A stretch of DNA of 63,288 bases, the filler included, from Reticulomyxa filosa (taxonomy: Eukaryota; Protista; Foraminifera), in the NCBI GenBank assembly GCA_000512085.1. It is 10 parts of 10 records of this genome, joined end to end, with 100 filler letters (N's around TTAATTAATTAA, not from the genome) between each part and the next. Parts side by side here need not be neighbours in the genome. Positions count along the whole stretch, not along the records: positions 1 to 27,216 come from ASPP01003200.1; 9 more parts are not named here. One strand, given 5' to 3'. Below the pieces are notes generated by a model. It made no database searches, was not told where the DNA came from, and worked only from the letters and a program-made list of their open reading frames with translations. The translations under genes and the position numbers were made by a program. Shown here one piece after another: positions 11,805 through 26,131 of the stretch. Positions within the stretch are counted from its first letter, which is position 1. The number at the start of each line of letters is the position of its first letter.

Positions 11805-14800
11805 CTACTTTTCGATGGCTGCTTGAATGAGGGCAAGACGTTTTGGTGGTCTAAAAAGCAACACAACAGCGAATTGTGCAAACACGGATTCGCATATACA
11901 AGACGTACACAGAGAAATATATCGATATATTGCACACAGAAATAACGATGGAAGGAGCAGATGTACCCAACTGGTACTAATAGTGTTTTCAACAGAAGGT
12001 TTAATACTAGTTTGCTTCTTTGTTTGAGGAGACTGATTTCCTGAAGGGCTATTGGAGAAAGCGCTCAAATTAGAAAAGGGAGGCAACAAAAACTGGCGTT
12101 GTTGAACGGAAGTGTCTTGCAACGACCAAGAATTCTCTAATGTTGGTAATGGTTTTGGTGTTTCGGTATTGGGAATTTGCTGCAGCGAACTTTGTGTACG
12201 CACTTGTATATGGGGCAAACCCGTGAAGTTCATTGGTTGATTGGTAGGCAATGTGTTTATTTCTGTTTATTTATTACGTTTTTTTTTTAAATGTATTTTG
12301 TTAGACAATGAAATGTATCTATTTTCGTGAAGTAAAACAGACTTACTTGGGCACATGAACATGGAACCCAAAAACATATTGTTATTCATGGCATTGGAAC
12401 TTGTCGTGGACACAATGGGGGTATTAATCATTGTGAAATTTTTGGGATTGTTCCAATTTGCTTCTGTCTCTGTGACTGCCATGGCGAGATTGGCTTGCAA
12501 CAAAGGACCAAGCATCAGTCCACTTTCTTGTGGTTGGTGTTGTTGCGATACCAATGACTGCGAATGGGCCCGAGGAAAGCATAGGATATCGTTCATTGAT
12601 TGTAATAGCTCAAGGACTGTGCGATGACCATACAATCTGGGCTCCAAATACGCTTTGTATCGTCGCGCAAACTCATTTTCAAATTCCGTCAGCGACAATA
12701 TTTTTTGTTTGTTATCGACTTCATTGTCCGATGACGTATTTTCTTGTCCACTTTTCGCCGTGGAATCAGGAGAATTAAAGATTTTCAATATTTTCCATTT
12801 CAGTTCTTTCATTGGAATTCGATGCATTTTCTGTTGCGGACATGTTTACAACACATATGACGATATACATACATCTCACGTTAAACGTAGAGTGTAAATA
12901 TTATACAATGTATATACAAATATGTATACGCATTTTGTACAAAAAAAAAAATCCTTTGATGTAGAATCTAAACTGGAGTAAGAACAATTCTTTCAATAGG
13001 ATGGCGCTTAATTTGCAAAAGCTTGGGATTTTTGGAGACTAATTTCGTGATCTCAGGGCCATCCACACGAAATTGGAATTTACGAAACAGCCTCGTTTGC
13101 ATTTGTGCCACAGTCAATCCAGACGTTTGATGCGCAGCTTCGAGGACAGCTTCCAATAACTCGTGCGAAGAAGGCCGATTTTGTTGATGATTCTTCTATT
13201 TTCATAGAGAAAGAAAACAAAGCGTTGTTTTGTGTTGTCCATAAGATGTAACAAAGTGTTTCTGCTTTTTTTTTTTACTCTCAAAAAAAAAAAAAAGATT
13301 GAAAATAACAACAAAATTTTTTGAATATCCTCCCCCTCCTTTTTTTTTGTCTCCTTTCCGTTAACGTACCACTCTTTTACGATCAATGAAAGGCCTGACA
13401 TCAATTGTTCGACCACGGATCTCAATGGGAGAACACGCGACCAATTTTTGGGCTTGTTGTGCGTTCTCTACCTTCACAAATGACCACCCGTAGTTGCGAT
13501 AACTGATACCCTTGCAGTCTGCCACTTTGACATCATACATTGCCAATGCATCTTCTAACTCTTTCACCGACGTTCCGTAAGCAAATCCACCCATGAATAC
13601 CGTTCGATCGTCTTCCTGTAACAACCGAGAACATAAAAAAAAATAATTTTCAAGGAGGTGAATACAAATAAACAAAAAAACTCACATCTTTTATTGATCC
13701 CTTTTCTTCTTCTCGTTTCCAATTAACTTCGCAAAGTGTTTTGATTGACGCACTTACGTCCTCTCGGCACTTCGCACAAATTAATTCAAACAGCGGCCTG
13801 TTCTTTTCGTAATGTGCTTCAAAATTTGGAGCCAAGCGAAATTGACTGATCATAAACTTGAGCGAGTTGCAGCTACTGCGCAACCCACTGCGTAAGACGT
13901 TGCGCGAAAAGTTGGCCTCATTTCGAACATGTGACGCATGTTGCAATTGCAATTGTTTTTGCTCTTGGTTTAACTTTGGATCGTTAATTTTTTTTAATAT
14001 CCGGTTGATTACTGGAGAAGAAGCATTCAAAGGCATTCTAAATAGTTGTCGAAATTCCCTCTCCAACTCTTCAGTGGAAATTGGTTTTTGGTGATGAATC
14101 AATAATGCAATGAACAGCTCACGATAACCAATTGCGGACGACAACACCTTTTTTTTTAATAAAAAAAAATGCTTTTTAATTCCATCCCAAAAAAAAGAAA
14201 AAAAAAAAAAAACAATACAAACGCCATGGCAGTTGTGTCCATTTGGATTTAGTTGCGCACTTTCCGCTGGCTGATAAACTACAGACCGTTCCACTCTGCT
14301 GACAACAACATCACAATTATTTACCACAAACTGGTGCGGATCCGGTAAAATTTGTGACAACCTTTGATCCATTTCCATTTCAACCCAACGACAACATGTG
14401 TTCTTTTTTTTTTCAAAAAAAAAAAAAAAGAAAAAGACAAGCCAGTCATTTTCAAAACACACTTGTATCCACAAAAATTAGAGATCACATCGTTCAAAAT
14501 ATCGGACGAAATTCCACAAGGAAACAACCGAATGATCGCGTTAATATGTCCGCAAATGGCTTCAGTAATTTCTGGAATTGAATATTCTTCAAGTATACTT
14601 TGTACAGCCTGATAAGTTCCGACAGTGACAAACAACAACAAAAAAAATGCACTGTTTTGGTCCATTATTTTTGGCTTGTATGGTTTCACAAAGTGGGATC
14701 AACTTGATGGTGGAGCGTCAGCAAGTTACCACGATTAACACAAGGAGTGATCAACACATTTCGATGGTTAAACAGCAAATACTCAATGTTATCGTCCATT

Positions 14801-15460
14801 GGCAAATCATCCTTTGTTATCCGTTTATACTCCACTTCCAGTTCGTTGTCGTATACGCCATTTGGATGATGGGACAGCATCATCAGCATTAAATTTCGCA
14901 ACACGCGACGTACCACATGCGACGTCGCAGCATTCATGTTCGAATTTAATAGGGTGTCATTGGCCATAACATTGTTCTGTGCGGTTACGTCACGATCGTC
15001 ACTCTTTTCTTCTTTTTCTTTGTCATCTTTCGCTTCTGCTTCCTTGGTCTTGGCTCCCTCGTTTTTCACACCTTCAACGCTCCCCTGCGAGTTTTGCGGA
15101 TACTTTGCAATATTCACCTCTTTGTCATCCCATCCATCATTTCTATTGCGATTGCTGGTCTCATCAACAAACTGCACACCATCGTCTTCGTCACCAGTGT
15201 GGTCAGTATTCGAATCAAATGCTTCACAAAACAACTTCATAAATTGCCTATTTTACCCGTAAATTTTGCTCATGAACCAATTAAAAATTTTAGAAACAAA
15301 AAAAATAGTTTCTTCTTGTACACATCACAAACCCTTTTTCTGCTTCGACGCTGCTTGATTCAGAATTTGAATTTGCAGATTCAAATACTCGCCCCAATTG
15401 GTCCATCAATTTCTTGTATTTGCCGTCAAATACACGCCCGCTCGAATTCTCTTCCTTCAT
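11805..15460 (-). CDS. RNA-binding protein with several LOTUS/OST-HTH-like domains and one RRM (3' end uncertain)
   Basis: RRM: TVFMGGFAYGTSVKELED...GWSFVKVEN...IRGRTIDVRPF. LOTUS-like segments: LSLTEFENEFARRYKAYLEPRLYGHRTVLELLQSM, LSHHPNGVYDNELEVEYKRIT and HHQKPISTEELEREFRQLF. ATG at 15460, first junction in frame. Confidence 0.7.
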
Positions 15461-16556
15461 GTTGAAAACACTCTTTAACGAAACTAACTAACTGCAATGT
15501 TGCTCTAAGACAGCTAACAACAAAACACAAGTTGTCAAAAACTAGTCTACTCACAAGATAAAAAAATGTTAATAGCCATTTACCTAAAAAAACCTTCCTT
15601 TAAGGAAATTTTTGTTGCAAGATCTCTGCGAGGCAGTTTTCAAGAGAATTTAAAAAACTAGCTGGCAACCCAGAAAGACTTGAAAGTTTCGGCTTCATTA
15701 CCTACCTTTTTTTTTGAGTGGTTGTTTTGGCTACAGTCTTGATGTAACTTAAAACGTAGTTAGCAAATTTAGACAACAACTTGTTTGTTTCTGTCGATCA
15801 TTTGTAATATTTCTTTCGTTATTTTAGTTGATCGAAGACAACTTTAGTTGAGTCTTCATTGACAAAATAGTCATTGTCACAATACTGTTAATTCACTCAA
15901 AATAGGAAACAGAGATGCACAATTAGATTACAGCCATTTTAATTATAGTATTTTAACGGATAGTGACTTAATAACAAAAATTATATTTGTCATTCGCAGC
16001 AGAAACACTTTATTTTGAAAATTGTTACAAGCATAATTTGATGCCTGTATCTAATCATAATAAGATTAACTGTGTTGTGTATGTAGAGCAAGATCCAACT
16101 ATTTGGTGTCAAGGCTCAGGCGAATCTTGACCTTTTTCTTAAAACTTCTCTACAAACTTACTTCTCACTTTCTAAGATTGGACATGCGTTAAGTGAAAAT
16201 TGTGTTTCTCGTTGCTTTCTTGCAAATAAATAAATAAATAAAAGATCGCAAATGGTGTTTCTGTCCTTTTTTTAAATAAAAAACAATAACTATCAAGAAA
16301 TTGCGTCGAAACGCGAAATGAAAAGTACTCGTACATTGAACGCTCCAAATTTCATACAATATAAGTGATATTGCTGTCGTGTTCAAAATTAAATCTGACA
16401 AAGGGGGGGAAGACTATTCGAAAATACAAGCCAGCCTAAATTTGACAAAGCTTTCAAAGTGGACAAGTGTGTTTTCACTAGCCCAACTTTTTTACAATAG
16501 CTATTGTAACGCTGTCTTTTTATTTTTGGTATCATTTGTTTAGTTATTTAAAAATA

Positions 16557-16683
16557 CAGTATGTTGCAAAGAAAACTGAACGCCTAAAACAATATCATAT
16601 GCTAAATGTTGATTTTTCATTGAGAAAATCAATTATCATCATAAGATATGTTTTAGGCGTTCAGTTTTCTTTGCAACCTACTG
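16557..16683. mobile_element. 127-bp Tc1/mariner-type MITE (foldback) with TA TSD
   Basis: TA|CAGTATGTTGCAAAGAAAACTGAACGCCTAAAACA...TGTTTTAGGCGTTCAGTTTTCTTTGCAACCTACTG|TA. Near-perfect TIRs of ~35-40 bp, CAGT/ACTG termini. A second copy starts at 37999. Confidence 0.88.
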
Positions 16684-18667
16684 TAACAAAGATTTTTTCC
16701 AACATTAGAATTAGGTCACATATTGTCCAAAAGAACCTGTGACTACTATCGTTTACTGCGATATAACATATTTATATTGACATTGTTTGTACAATGCAAA
16801 TTGATTTTAATAATCGATAAGCTAGTTTGCTAAGTCACACAAATAAATAATAACTCATGTGATGTACCACTTACGCAAGTAGTAATCTTGGTACAAGTTT
16901 TACAATTGATATATATTTGTATTGCAACATATACAAACAATATGGATCACTAGTAATATTATATTTAATCATAGTGAACAGAGTTCATATTTTTATAATA
17001 TTTTTTGAAGTAAATCAGAACAAAAAAGAGAGTTGACACATAAAACGGCACTTTATGAAGATAATTATTTTCTCCATAAAAAACAACATTTATCAAAATT
17101 TTTTTATTTAAAGAAATACACTAATCGTGTAATTTTTAAATATAGTTTTGGTTTTTCATTTTATATTTGGAGTTTTTTCAAAAATTTGAATCTTTCATTT
17201 ACTTTTTTGAAATTTTCGAAAAAGTTGACAGTAGCGTTTTTCTAGTATTTATGAAATTTGACAATTCTTTTTTAGCATTTTAGATTTTTTTTTGTGATGT
17301 CAATATTGATTTTTTTTAACATTTTTGTTATTTTGTCATTGTCAAAATGTGAAAGCATGTTGATGGATTTGAAAAGACATGATGTGCAAATGACAATTAG
17401 TTAATCTAGTTATATCAAATTTAAAGTTACTTATAAGTGGTCAGTAAAAGATATTTAACTATTAATAAACCTTACAATAAACGTCAGTAAACAGAATCTT
17501 GATATTGTTAGATTTATCGAAGAAACAAAAATTTAAAAAACTTGCATTTGCTATAAAGTACCAAAGTTGTGTTTATGACTATTGGAAAAAAGTATTATTT
17601 TCAGAAAGTAAAATTTGATTGATTAAGCATTTTAGTTTATGCATGCTTTGTGTAAGACTGTAATATTGAAGTGTGAGAGTTCAGATATATAAAGAAATAT
17701 AATATGACGAAATGATAAAAAGCGTTAATTGCTGTTTGTAATACAAACATGACTGTATTTTTCAGCAGACAACGCAACTTGCCATAACTCGGAAAAAATT
17801 ACTACGTTATTAATAAAAATGAAAAATAAAAGTATATATAAACTCGCCATACTTAAACAATGTAGAAAAACTTTTGTGGATCGTAAAAGCAAAAATACAC
17901 AAAAAAAGGTCCATTTGAAAACAAAACAGCTTTGTAATTAATTTGAAATATAGTGTTAAAATATAGAGCATACATTTGTGAAAATTTAATCATATCTATG
18001 CCAAAAGGATACAATGTATCATAAAAGTAGATTTAATCAGTTGGTAAAAATTTTAAGTAAAGCTAAAAAACTTCAATTACATTTTAAAAATCAAATGAAG
18101 ATTTAATTTTTTGATATAAATGAAAAACAAAAACTATATTTAAAAATTACACGACTAGTATATTTTTTTACATTGTTTTGGCATTGAATAGACTAGTTTG
18201 TAAGTAATAACCAATATAATTATCTATTTGTTTTTCATTGTATTCTAATTCAGACTTTACGTTCTTCACAATACATTTTTTTTATTTTTTTAAGAAAATT
18301 TTCAAAAAATGAAAAAAACATTATGCTTTTATTGAAAACCGAATATACTTTTAGGTTCTTCATGGTGTGCGTATTCATTTAAAAAAATATTTTAAGAAAA
18401 TATTAATTTTTCATAAATAAAATTGAAAACTTGGACACGTCGAACTTCGGTAACTTTTATTATCGTAACTATCACAAAACTGAAGCCGAACATTTTTTTT
18501 GGATGAAGTTCTTAATTATATTGGAACACATTATTGATTTTTGGAAAGGAGCCAGAGAATTAGATGCAAATGTTTAGATATTAAAAACTTTTCAAAAGGT
18601 CCTAACAGTGGATTTTTATTTTGATCTTAGGCAAGTTTAAAAAAGCAATTTTTCTTAAATTTTCAAC

Positions 18668-21600
18668 TTATTCATCGTCCATATATTCACTTTCGGCTTC
18701 ACTCTCTACCACATAGTCTTCGTCATTTTTCTCGTTCCAATCAATGTCAGAGCTGACACTCTCATTTTCAAGTGGTTCCTCTTCTTTTTCCATATTCTTT
18801 GAAGAGCTTGATTGTTCATTTTTAGTTGCTCGGTTTCGCAAAGGGTAGGTTTTGTGATTGGCTGCTTCAACATTCGCATCACTCAACACTTTGTTTATCA
18901 AATTTTTAGGAATAGGAGGAATATCTAAAGAGCCAAGATTTGTCATGTCCTGAGAAGAATTAGAAATTGCATGTGAAGGCATAGTCTCAAAGGTTTTATG
19001 AGTATCACCGTTATCAGCTGACTTGTCAGATATTTCAAGCTTTGATTGGTTGTTTGTTTTCAACGGATGGGGGTCTTGACCATTTTGTCTTAATAAAGGT
19101 TGTACAACAAACCATTCCAGAAACACACGCTACAACAATGATCAAAAAAATTGTAATACATTGCGATCTTTTATTGATACAAAAGACACAAAACTGTTCT
19201 AGATTTTCAATTTCGCTTTGTAAAGTCTGAACTAATCCCTCTGCTATATTAACAATGACAGATCCTTCCTCGTTGAAAAGTTTTGCATTTGTTTCTATAA
19301 GTTTAACGTCGGATAGCACACTCTTTCGTTCATATTCACAAGCATGCACATTTCTCTTTTTTATTTGTTATTGATAACGTCTCAGAAAATTTCATACAAA
19401 CCTGCGTTGAACGATACCACTGGAAGCGTAATCTTTGTCTTACTCTATCCAAACACATGGGCAGCGGCACAACATCAGGATAGGATGGAAAATCATCTTC
19501 GTTGACATCATGTAAAAAATCTTTGAATCTATCGTCATCTGCAGCTCTTTCTACTACTTCTAACAAGGATTTGGTATCTTTTCAAATAAGCAAACATCAA
19601 TTATATTGAAGAAAAACGAATTCAATGAAGGAAAAAAAAGCAATCAATACAAGTGAATACCTTTTGTCTCGAGCTTGGATGGGACAAATATCTCCTCGAG
19701 TTTTTGTTGTACACTAGAATTGCTGCGGTATAAATTCCATGGGTTGCACTTTTTGGGAAATGTTTCTGAATAACCCCAATGGCAACAAATACCTTGCCAT
19801 ATTGGAACATTGGATTGATCTTTGATGACCTCTTCGATTTTGCCAGTTACGGACCCTCTAAATTGTATTACATAGCATGAAACAAGAGACAAAGTCAAGA
19901 AAAGACAAAGAGAGAAGTGGTTGTTACCCTTTATGATCTACGGCAATGACCACATCACCTTCGCTCCACTGTTGCAACAACCCAACAAAATATTGCCATG
20001 CAGGAACAATAAATGGAGACAAATCTTCCGTGTGGTGCATACAAATTTCAAAACAGTCTACTTCTTTTGGTTCCGTATTGTAATATGGCAATTGTTGAAT
20101 GTCAATGTGCAAAATCTTTGATTTTGAATTGTTTTGGTCTTCTCCAGCAACGTCATTATCAACAATCGATTTAGTTTTAGCTTTCGCCTGCGTTCGACTG
20201 TTGTTAATATTTTTTCGTCGAAAATTGTACTCTTTCGATTGATTATGATCTGACAAGTTTTCTTGATTCGTGGTTGTACCGTCACTTTCTTGGCATGGAA
20301 CAGTGATAATGTCAGTAGTTACATTGACTCTCAAATGTTCACTGGCCTTGCATGGCCTTAATCGCAATCTTGCAAATGTCCTTTTTACATAATTGTCACC
20401 ATTTTCGCTATTTGAACAAAGAACAGAGCAATATGATCGTCTGTATTTAATCTCTTCAATTATACAGCACATGGGTGTACTCCATGTCGTTGAAGGGCAT
20501 TTGTAATCGTTGTTCAATTGTTTCATTTCATTTTTGTCTTCGTTTGCATCACTATCTGATGCATCGGCGTTTCTTTGTTTTTCTTCGTTTGCAATATTTA
20601 GGTCATCTTGAGGAATTGTTTCAAGTTCAGCGTTTTCATAAAATGCTTTGTGTCCAGAAGGTATATATACCACCACGTCCCCAACCTGTGGCACATAACA
20701 TTGAGCTGAATTTGGAGTAGATATATTTGTATTGAGGCCTGAAGCGGTCCCGTTTTCTTGTTTTCCAGATCCTTGTTCTTGTAGCAACCACTGACAGTCG
20801 TAATTCTCCTTGTTGTCAAAGTTATTGCGCTCTTTATAGTCGCTATTTAGTCTCCTTTTCTTGGGTGGAGGAGTAATTGATGAAGATTGATGATTTTCTT
20901 CTCTTCGATGTTTTCGAGAACTTCTTCTCAATGCTCGATCTTCGCGTAATCTTCTGCTGTTGTCATTCGAATCTGCCAAAGATGGATATTTTTCATCGCT
21001 ATCGGGCAATTTTTGCGTGTGATTGTTTGTCGATCTTAAGTCATACCTATGTTGGTGATTATCGCGATCGTTTGATAAGAGGTTACCTTCGTCTTCAAAG
21101 ATGCCGATACTCTCATCTCCACTTTTTTTCAATGAATCAACAGAGCTTTCGCTTCTCCAATATTGCCGATGTGAAGCAATATCATGAGTAGCTGATGAAT
21201 TTCTGCCCCTACCTCTGCCTCTACCCCTACCTCTACCTCTACCTCTACCTCTGCCTCTTCGACTTCCTCGACCGCGATCGATGCTTCGAATTACGTGTGA
21301 ATATTGTTCTTCACTGTAAACACTACTTTCAAAAGTACTTTCTTCTTGACTTGAGTCCGATTCCAGTATGTTCATTTTTTCTCTTTCAACAGGCGCATTA
21401 AAATCGCTATCTGCGTCACTGAGGTTATTGTAATCTTGACCCGACGTGGCATTGCTGTTGCGATCAATTTCCGTAATTGTGGCCGGATTTGTAATTTGTT
21501 CATGTGAAAATGATTCATGATATAAGGGCTGTCTTGTATTGGCAACAGATGTAATGTGCTGCAGACGCTGTCCGAGCTGACGAAGAGTCAGTGCATTATT

Positions 21601-24600
21601 ATTTGAATCGTTGAAAAGCATTGCAAAATTAAGCCCTTCTGTTACTTCGACGGCGGATGAGCGATTGCTTTGAAGTGCTCGTTGTCTGGCGCGACGATGT
21701 AATAGCGTTAAACGATCGATTGCGACAGTGCTATTTGTTATCCCATCTCGATATAGTTGTTGCAACATATTCCAATTGGGCATGTGCTCTTCAAAATTGC
21801 AAAGATCTTCTTCGCTGATAATTTCTGCCTCTTTGCTTTCCCACATCTTTACAAAGTCATTGAAAGACTTGCTGTCGTCGTCACTGACGTGTCTTTGGAT
21901 TGGCATTTCATTTTTACCGTAAGATCTTCCGTCGATGTCACACAATTGTTGTTTCAGCTCGTGGCAAGGGGTGTTTGTCGTCTCATCGACCACTCTGTGT
22001 TTCGTTGGGTTCATCACACAACCACCATTCTCAATAACCTTTTGTTTCTACAACTCAAAACGAGGACTTGAACAACACAGGTACGCAAATAATCGTAAAT
22101 CTGATTTGTTCATTTAAATAAGCATTTTTGTTGGCTACAAAAAATTAAGCGCAACAGAGAAAAAAGGGAAAAAAGAAAACGCAAAGCGAAAGACAGAAAA
22201 AAATAGCTGTTTCATAATCTTTAAAACGGACGATCAGCATTTTCAGTAGCATTGGGATCAACAAAGCAAAAATTGTCCACTCTCTTTGAATTTTTTTTTT
22301 TGGGAAGAGAAAAAAAAAAAAAGCCCAAAATTGGCGACGAGTTATTATTATTACACAAGATTGCAAGCGATTCAAAAAAAAGCCAAAAGGATATATGTGT
22401 CAACAACATACCTCATCATTTCATCTCTTTTGAAAGGCTCAAAGTCATATTCAAAAAACTGTTGGTCTGGTTGAGTAGCGTAAGGGCGACGTGACCCAAA
22501 GCCGATCAAAAAAAAGTAAACCTTGTCCACATAAGACGCCAATGTAATTTCCATCAGGGGACATGGCAATATCGGTGATAGGGTTTATCGGCGACACCGA
22601 AAACATTTTGATGATGGAGCCATCGATCATATCCCATATCACTAATCGACCACGGTTGTCACCACTAATACCCACTCGTGGATCAATGGGATGGGTTCGA
22701 CACATTGTCACTGTTTTGGAATGTCTAGAAAAATGTGTAAATAAAGTCTTATCACTAATTCGAAACACGTTGACAATGCCCCGCTCACCACATGCCAAAA
22801 TATGCGAGTTATCCGCATTGAATTCTGCGAAAGATACTTTGGGTGGTTTTGCTCTTCCTCGTGCTTGCGTCTCTGTGAATTACAATACAGTCATGTCTTT
22901 TATTGCTTGTTGATTGTGAAACTAACATTTTTGTTTGTAATAAAAAATTCCAAACTTTTATGCCCAGCCCTTTCAAGAAAGAAGCGATGTCGCAATAAGC
23001 AGTGCATTGTGGTATTTTCGTCTTGGCCATTAAGGACAATGTCCCATACACTCACGCTTCCGTCTACCGAAGCTGCCAGCATCAACCTTCCATCTTTCGA
23101 AAATTTTAAAGCGTTTCTTACTCCCGCACTAAACATATTGTGATCACACATCCCAAAAAATAACAATGTATTATTGTTGCAAACTTATTCTTTTTTTTTT
23201 TTTAGGAAACATCTTAACCTGTGTGCACTGACAACCTGAATTGGATGTTGTTCATTCAATTTAAAAAGTAGGATGTATCCATGATTAGTGCCAACAGCAA
23301 AAAATTTTCCTGATGGATGTAGTGACAATACCATGGCCTGACAAAGCTCTTCTCTTTCTTCATTTGTGGCTGCCATTTGATTCGATCCCCTTCGGGTTTT
23401 TTCGAATCGCTTTTCCAGCTACCCTTTGCATTCAAACCTTTGGACGATGTCTGGTTGGCCATGTCTTGAGACTCAAGCATAGCATTGATCTCTCCCTTTT
23501 GTTTGTATTTTGTTATTAAAGTTAGGCAGACGCAATTCGTTCTTTTTTGTTGTTATTACTTTGTGTAAACATAGTTTTGTCAAGTAAGATATCTGTGTTT
23601 GTTTTTGTCGAACCCTACTGAAACAAGTGTAGACAATATTATTATTATCATCATCCTTATGTTCGATCGAAGTGTTGTTATTCAATATGTAGTCGGTGAG
23701 ATGCCATTCGTGAATGTGTCCATCATACGTAGGAACAAACAGTACATAGGGTTTTTTGTTCGCCACTCCATCGTCTTCTTTAAATACAACACGTGAAGGG
23801 GTTGCATTGTGTTCCAGAACAGCCAACAACGCACCTGGTTATCACAGCAAAGCGATATTATTCAATCACAAATACAAGACATAGTGTGTGACCTAAAAAT
23901 AAAAGAAAACACACCTGTTTCGGAATCCCACAAGTGCACTTTGTTGTCACTGATTGTTGCGACAATATTGTCATCCGGCGATAGACAAAGATCAGAGACC
24001 CTTCCCTATTTGTGCAAGGCAGATACGTCACAACGTGTCGACAATAGTCTAAAAAAAAAAAAAAGAGGCGTGTTTGTGTTTATAAGCGAACCTCATGTCC
24101 ACGAAACGTTTTCTTCAGTTGGCCAGTTGATGTTTTCCATGCTTTCACTAACCAATCGTTTCCCCCCTTTTCTCAACATGTTGCACCACATTAACAAACT
24201 CCGTCGTGTTACACACCATCGAGCATACTTTGTTTTCTTTTCAAAAAAAAAAAAAAAAAGGAACATTCAATAAACAATGTTCAACTGTGTAGATGGCAGA
24301 TCCGCTTTTGCTAAATTCCAGACAAAATGCACTATTGGCATGTCCTTGTGTCAGTATCAACTATTGAAAACATGAGAAACACCTATTCATCTGCAAAAAA
24401 AAAAAAAAAAAACAAAACAAAAAAACAAGTAAACAGAAACATGTTTGTTACATTGCTATATTGTGAATACAAAGCATAAGTTGGCACGGCTGAACGACCA
24501 CGCTCCATGATATTTGCATGATATCCAATGTGGCGCGAAAATCCGTATTCTCTTTGACACAGATAAGAGTCTGATATTTGTCATTATTTTATTATAATGA

Positions 24601-25479
24601 GTCGTTGTTGGTCTTCCTCTTTTCAAAGAGATCCTACGTAACAAGTGTTGTGAGTGTTGGTCATAACACGGAGTTGTCGTTGTTTAGAGGTATGAAGGAC
24701 GGACAGATCATTTGCATTGCCGTTGAGCATTTTCCCGTGTTTTTTGGCCACTTGGTCATTGTATCGCATTTGGTTTGCCAATGCCAATGGAGTGTTCAAC
24801 TGTGTTCCACACAGGCTCACGACAGGAGGCTTCGTCATCACTCCCTATTTTTGCAAGCAATAAGCTTTTTTCTGAGCAAAACAAAATAAAAGGGGGAAAA
24901 TGGAAAACACTTGAAAAATGATTGGGAGAAGAAAAAAAAGGACTCCTTTCGTATTACACATGAGTCCACTGATATTAAAAAAAAAAAAGTTTGTGTCTTC
25001 CACGAAACGCGGTCTGTCGCCAAAATATTACGTGTGGCATTCGAATAGTGTAACATATTATGCAACAATTCTGCGATGTGGTAATTAGGGACATTGTATT
25101 TCAATACCTTCGTGTTCAAAAACAAACAATGTAAGAGCAACACTTCAAAAAAAAAAAATTCTGGTTTTTTGTTTGGTTTCGTTCTTTTTTCAACCCAACT
25201 AAATCTTTGTAGGTCACTGAATGGGCTTGACTTTTTCCAGAAGATTTATCCCAAGGATCAAACACACAATTTTCTTCGCAGTGCTTTATGAATTGTTCTC
25301 CAATCGTCTCACAATGTGTTTTCAAAAAATGCGCGATCAAAAACGCCACATCTAGTGCAAGCACAAACTTGTTATAAATTACTGTTTTTTTTACCTGACA
25401 GGAGGAAAAGATTTTTTAATATACCTCTTGCAATCGGTTCATATTTTGAAGGCAAATTCAAGCATTTCTTTTTGGGCAT
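18668..25479 (-). CDS. BRWD1/BRWD3/PHIP-like WD40-repeat, cryptic Tudor and bromodomain protein; multi-exon
   Basis: N-terminal ARDVAFLIAHFL (BRWD LisH-like) and WD40 repeats (ASVDGSVSVWD, SGDNRGRLVIWD). YVPQVGDVVVYIPSGH matches the PHIP Tudor-like region. Bromodomain YPDVVPLPMCLDRVRQRL...DVKLIETNAKLFNE. Confidence 0.85.
21205..21275 (-). repeat. Coding (RG)n repeat inside the BRWD-like gene
   Basis: ctctac/ctctgc tandem hexamers translating as RGRGRGRGRGRGRG. Confidence 0.8.
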
Positions 25480-26131
25480 GTTTGCGTTAGATATTTATTT
25501 GGGGTCCTGCAGACTGTTGGTTAAAACTTTTATAACAACTTTTCATCGTGCTTTTGTCAAATAAAAAAAAATAGACGAGCGAAATGATTATTGTCCGAAG
25601 CTTATATCCAAAATTTCAATACGAAAAACTAATTTTTTTTCAAAGCTGTGAGAATTGAAGAAAATTGATTCAAAGTATCTTTGTGGTATTGAATTAAATT
25701 TTGTTGATGCAATTGCTACTCTTTCCACAAACACAAAAAACAGACAAAAAGCAAACAAACCAACAAATTCAACAGAACGAAAGCTTTGAATCACAACAAA
25801 ATTGTTTTGTCTTGGACAACTTCGATATGAAATAACATATTCTCTACCTCACAAGCAATTTAAAATAGAACAATCTACTAACACAAATAAGGCATATTCA
25901 AATTATTTTTTATGTCCAAAACAATAAATTCCAAATTAGTGAAAAGGAGTAAATTTTCAACATTTGGTGTGTTCTGTTTGCGAAGGAAACAAAAAAAAAT
26001 CATAAAAAAACAAAAGTACCACGAAACAACTGCCTTTTTTTTTTCTTTTGGAACAAAAAAAAAAGATTGTAACAAAAATAATATTTCCCCAAGAAGAAAA
26101 TCAATTCATTAAAACATCAGTTTCAATTACT

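Noticed and set aside
4878-15262. Numerous plus-strand ORFs of 60-170 aa rich in S/L/F
   Set aside because: Antisense shadows of the minus-strand genes. The poly-K/poly-F stretches are translated intron homopolymers.
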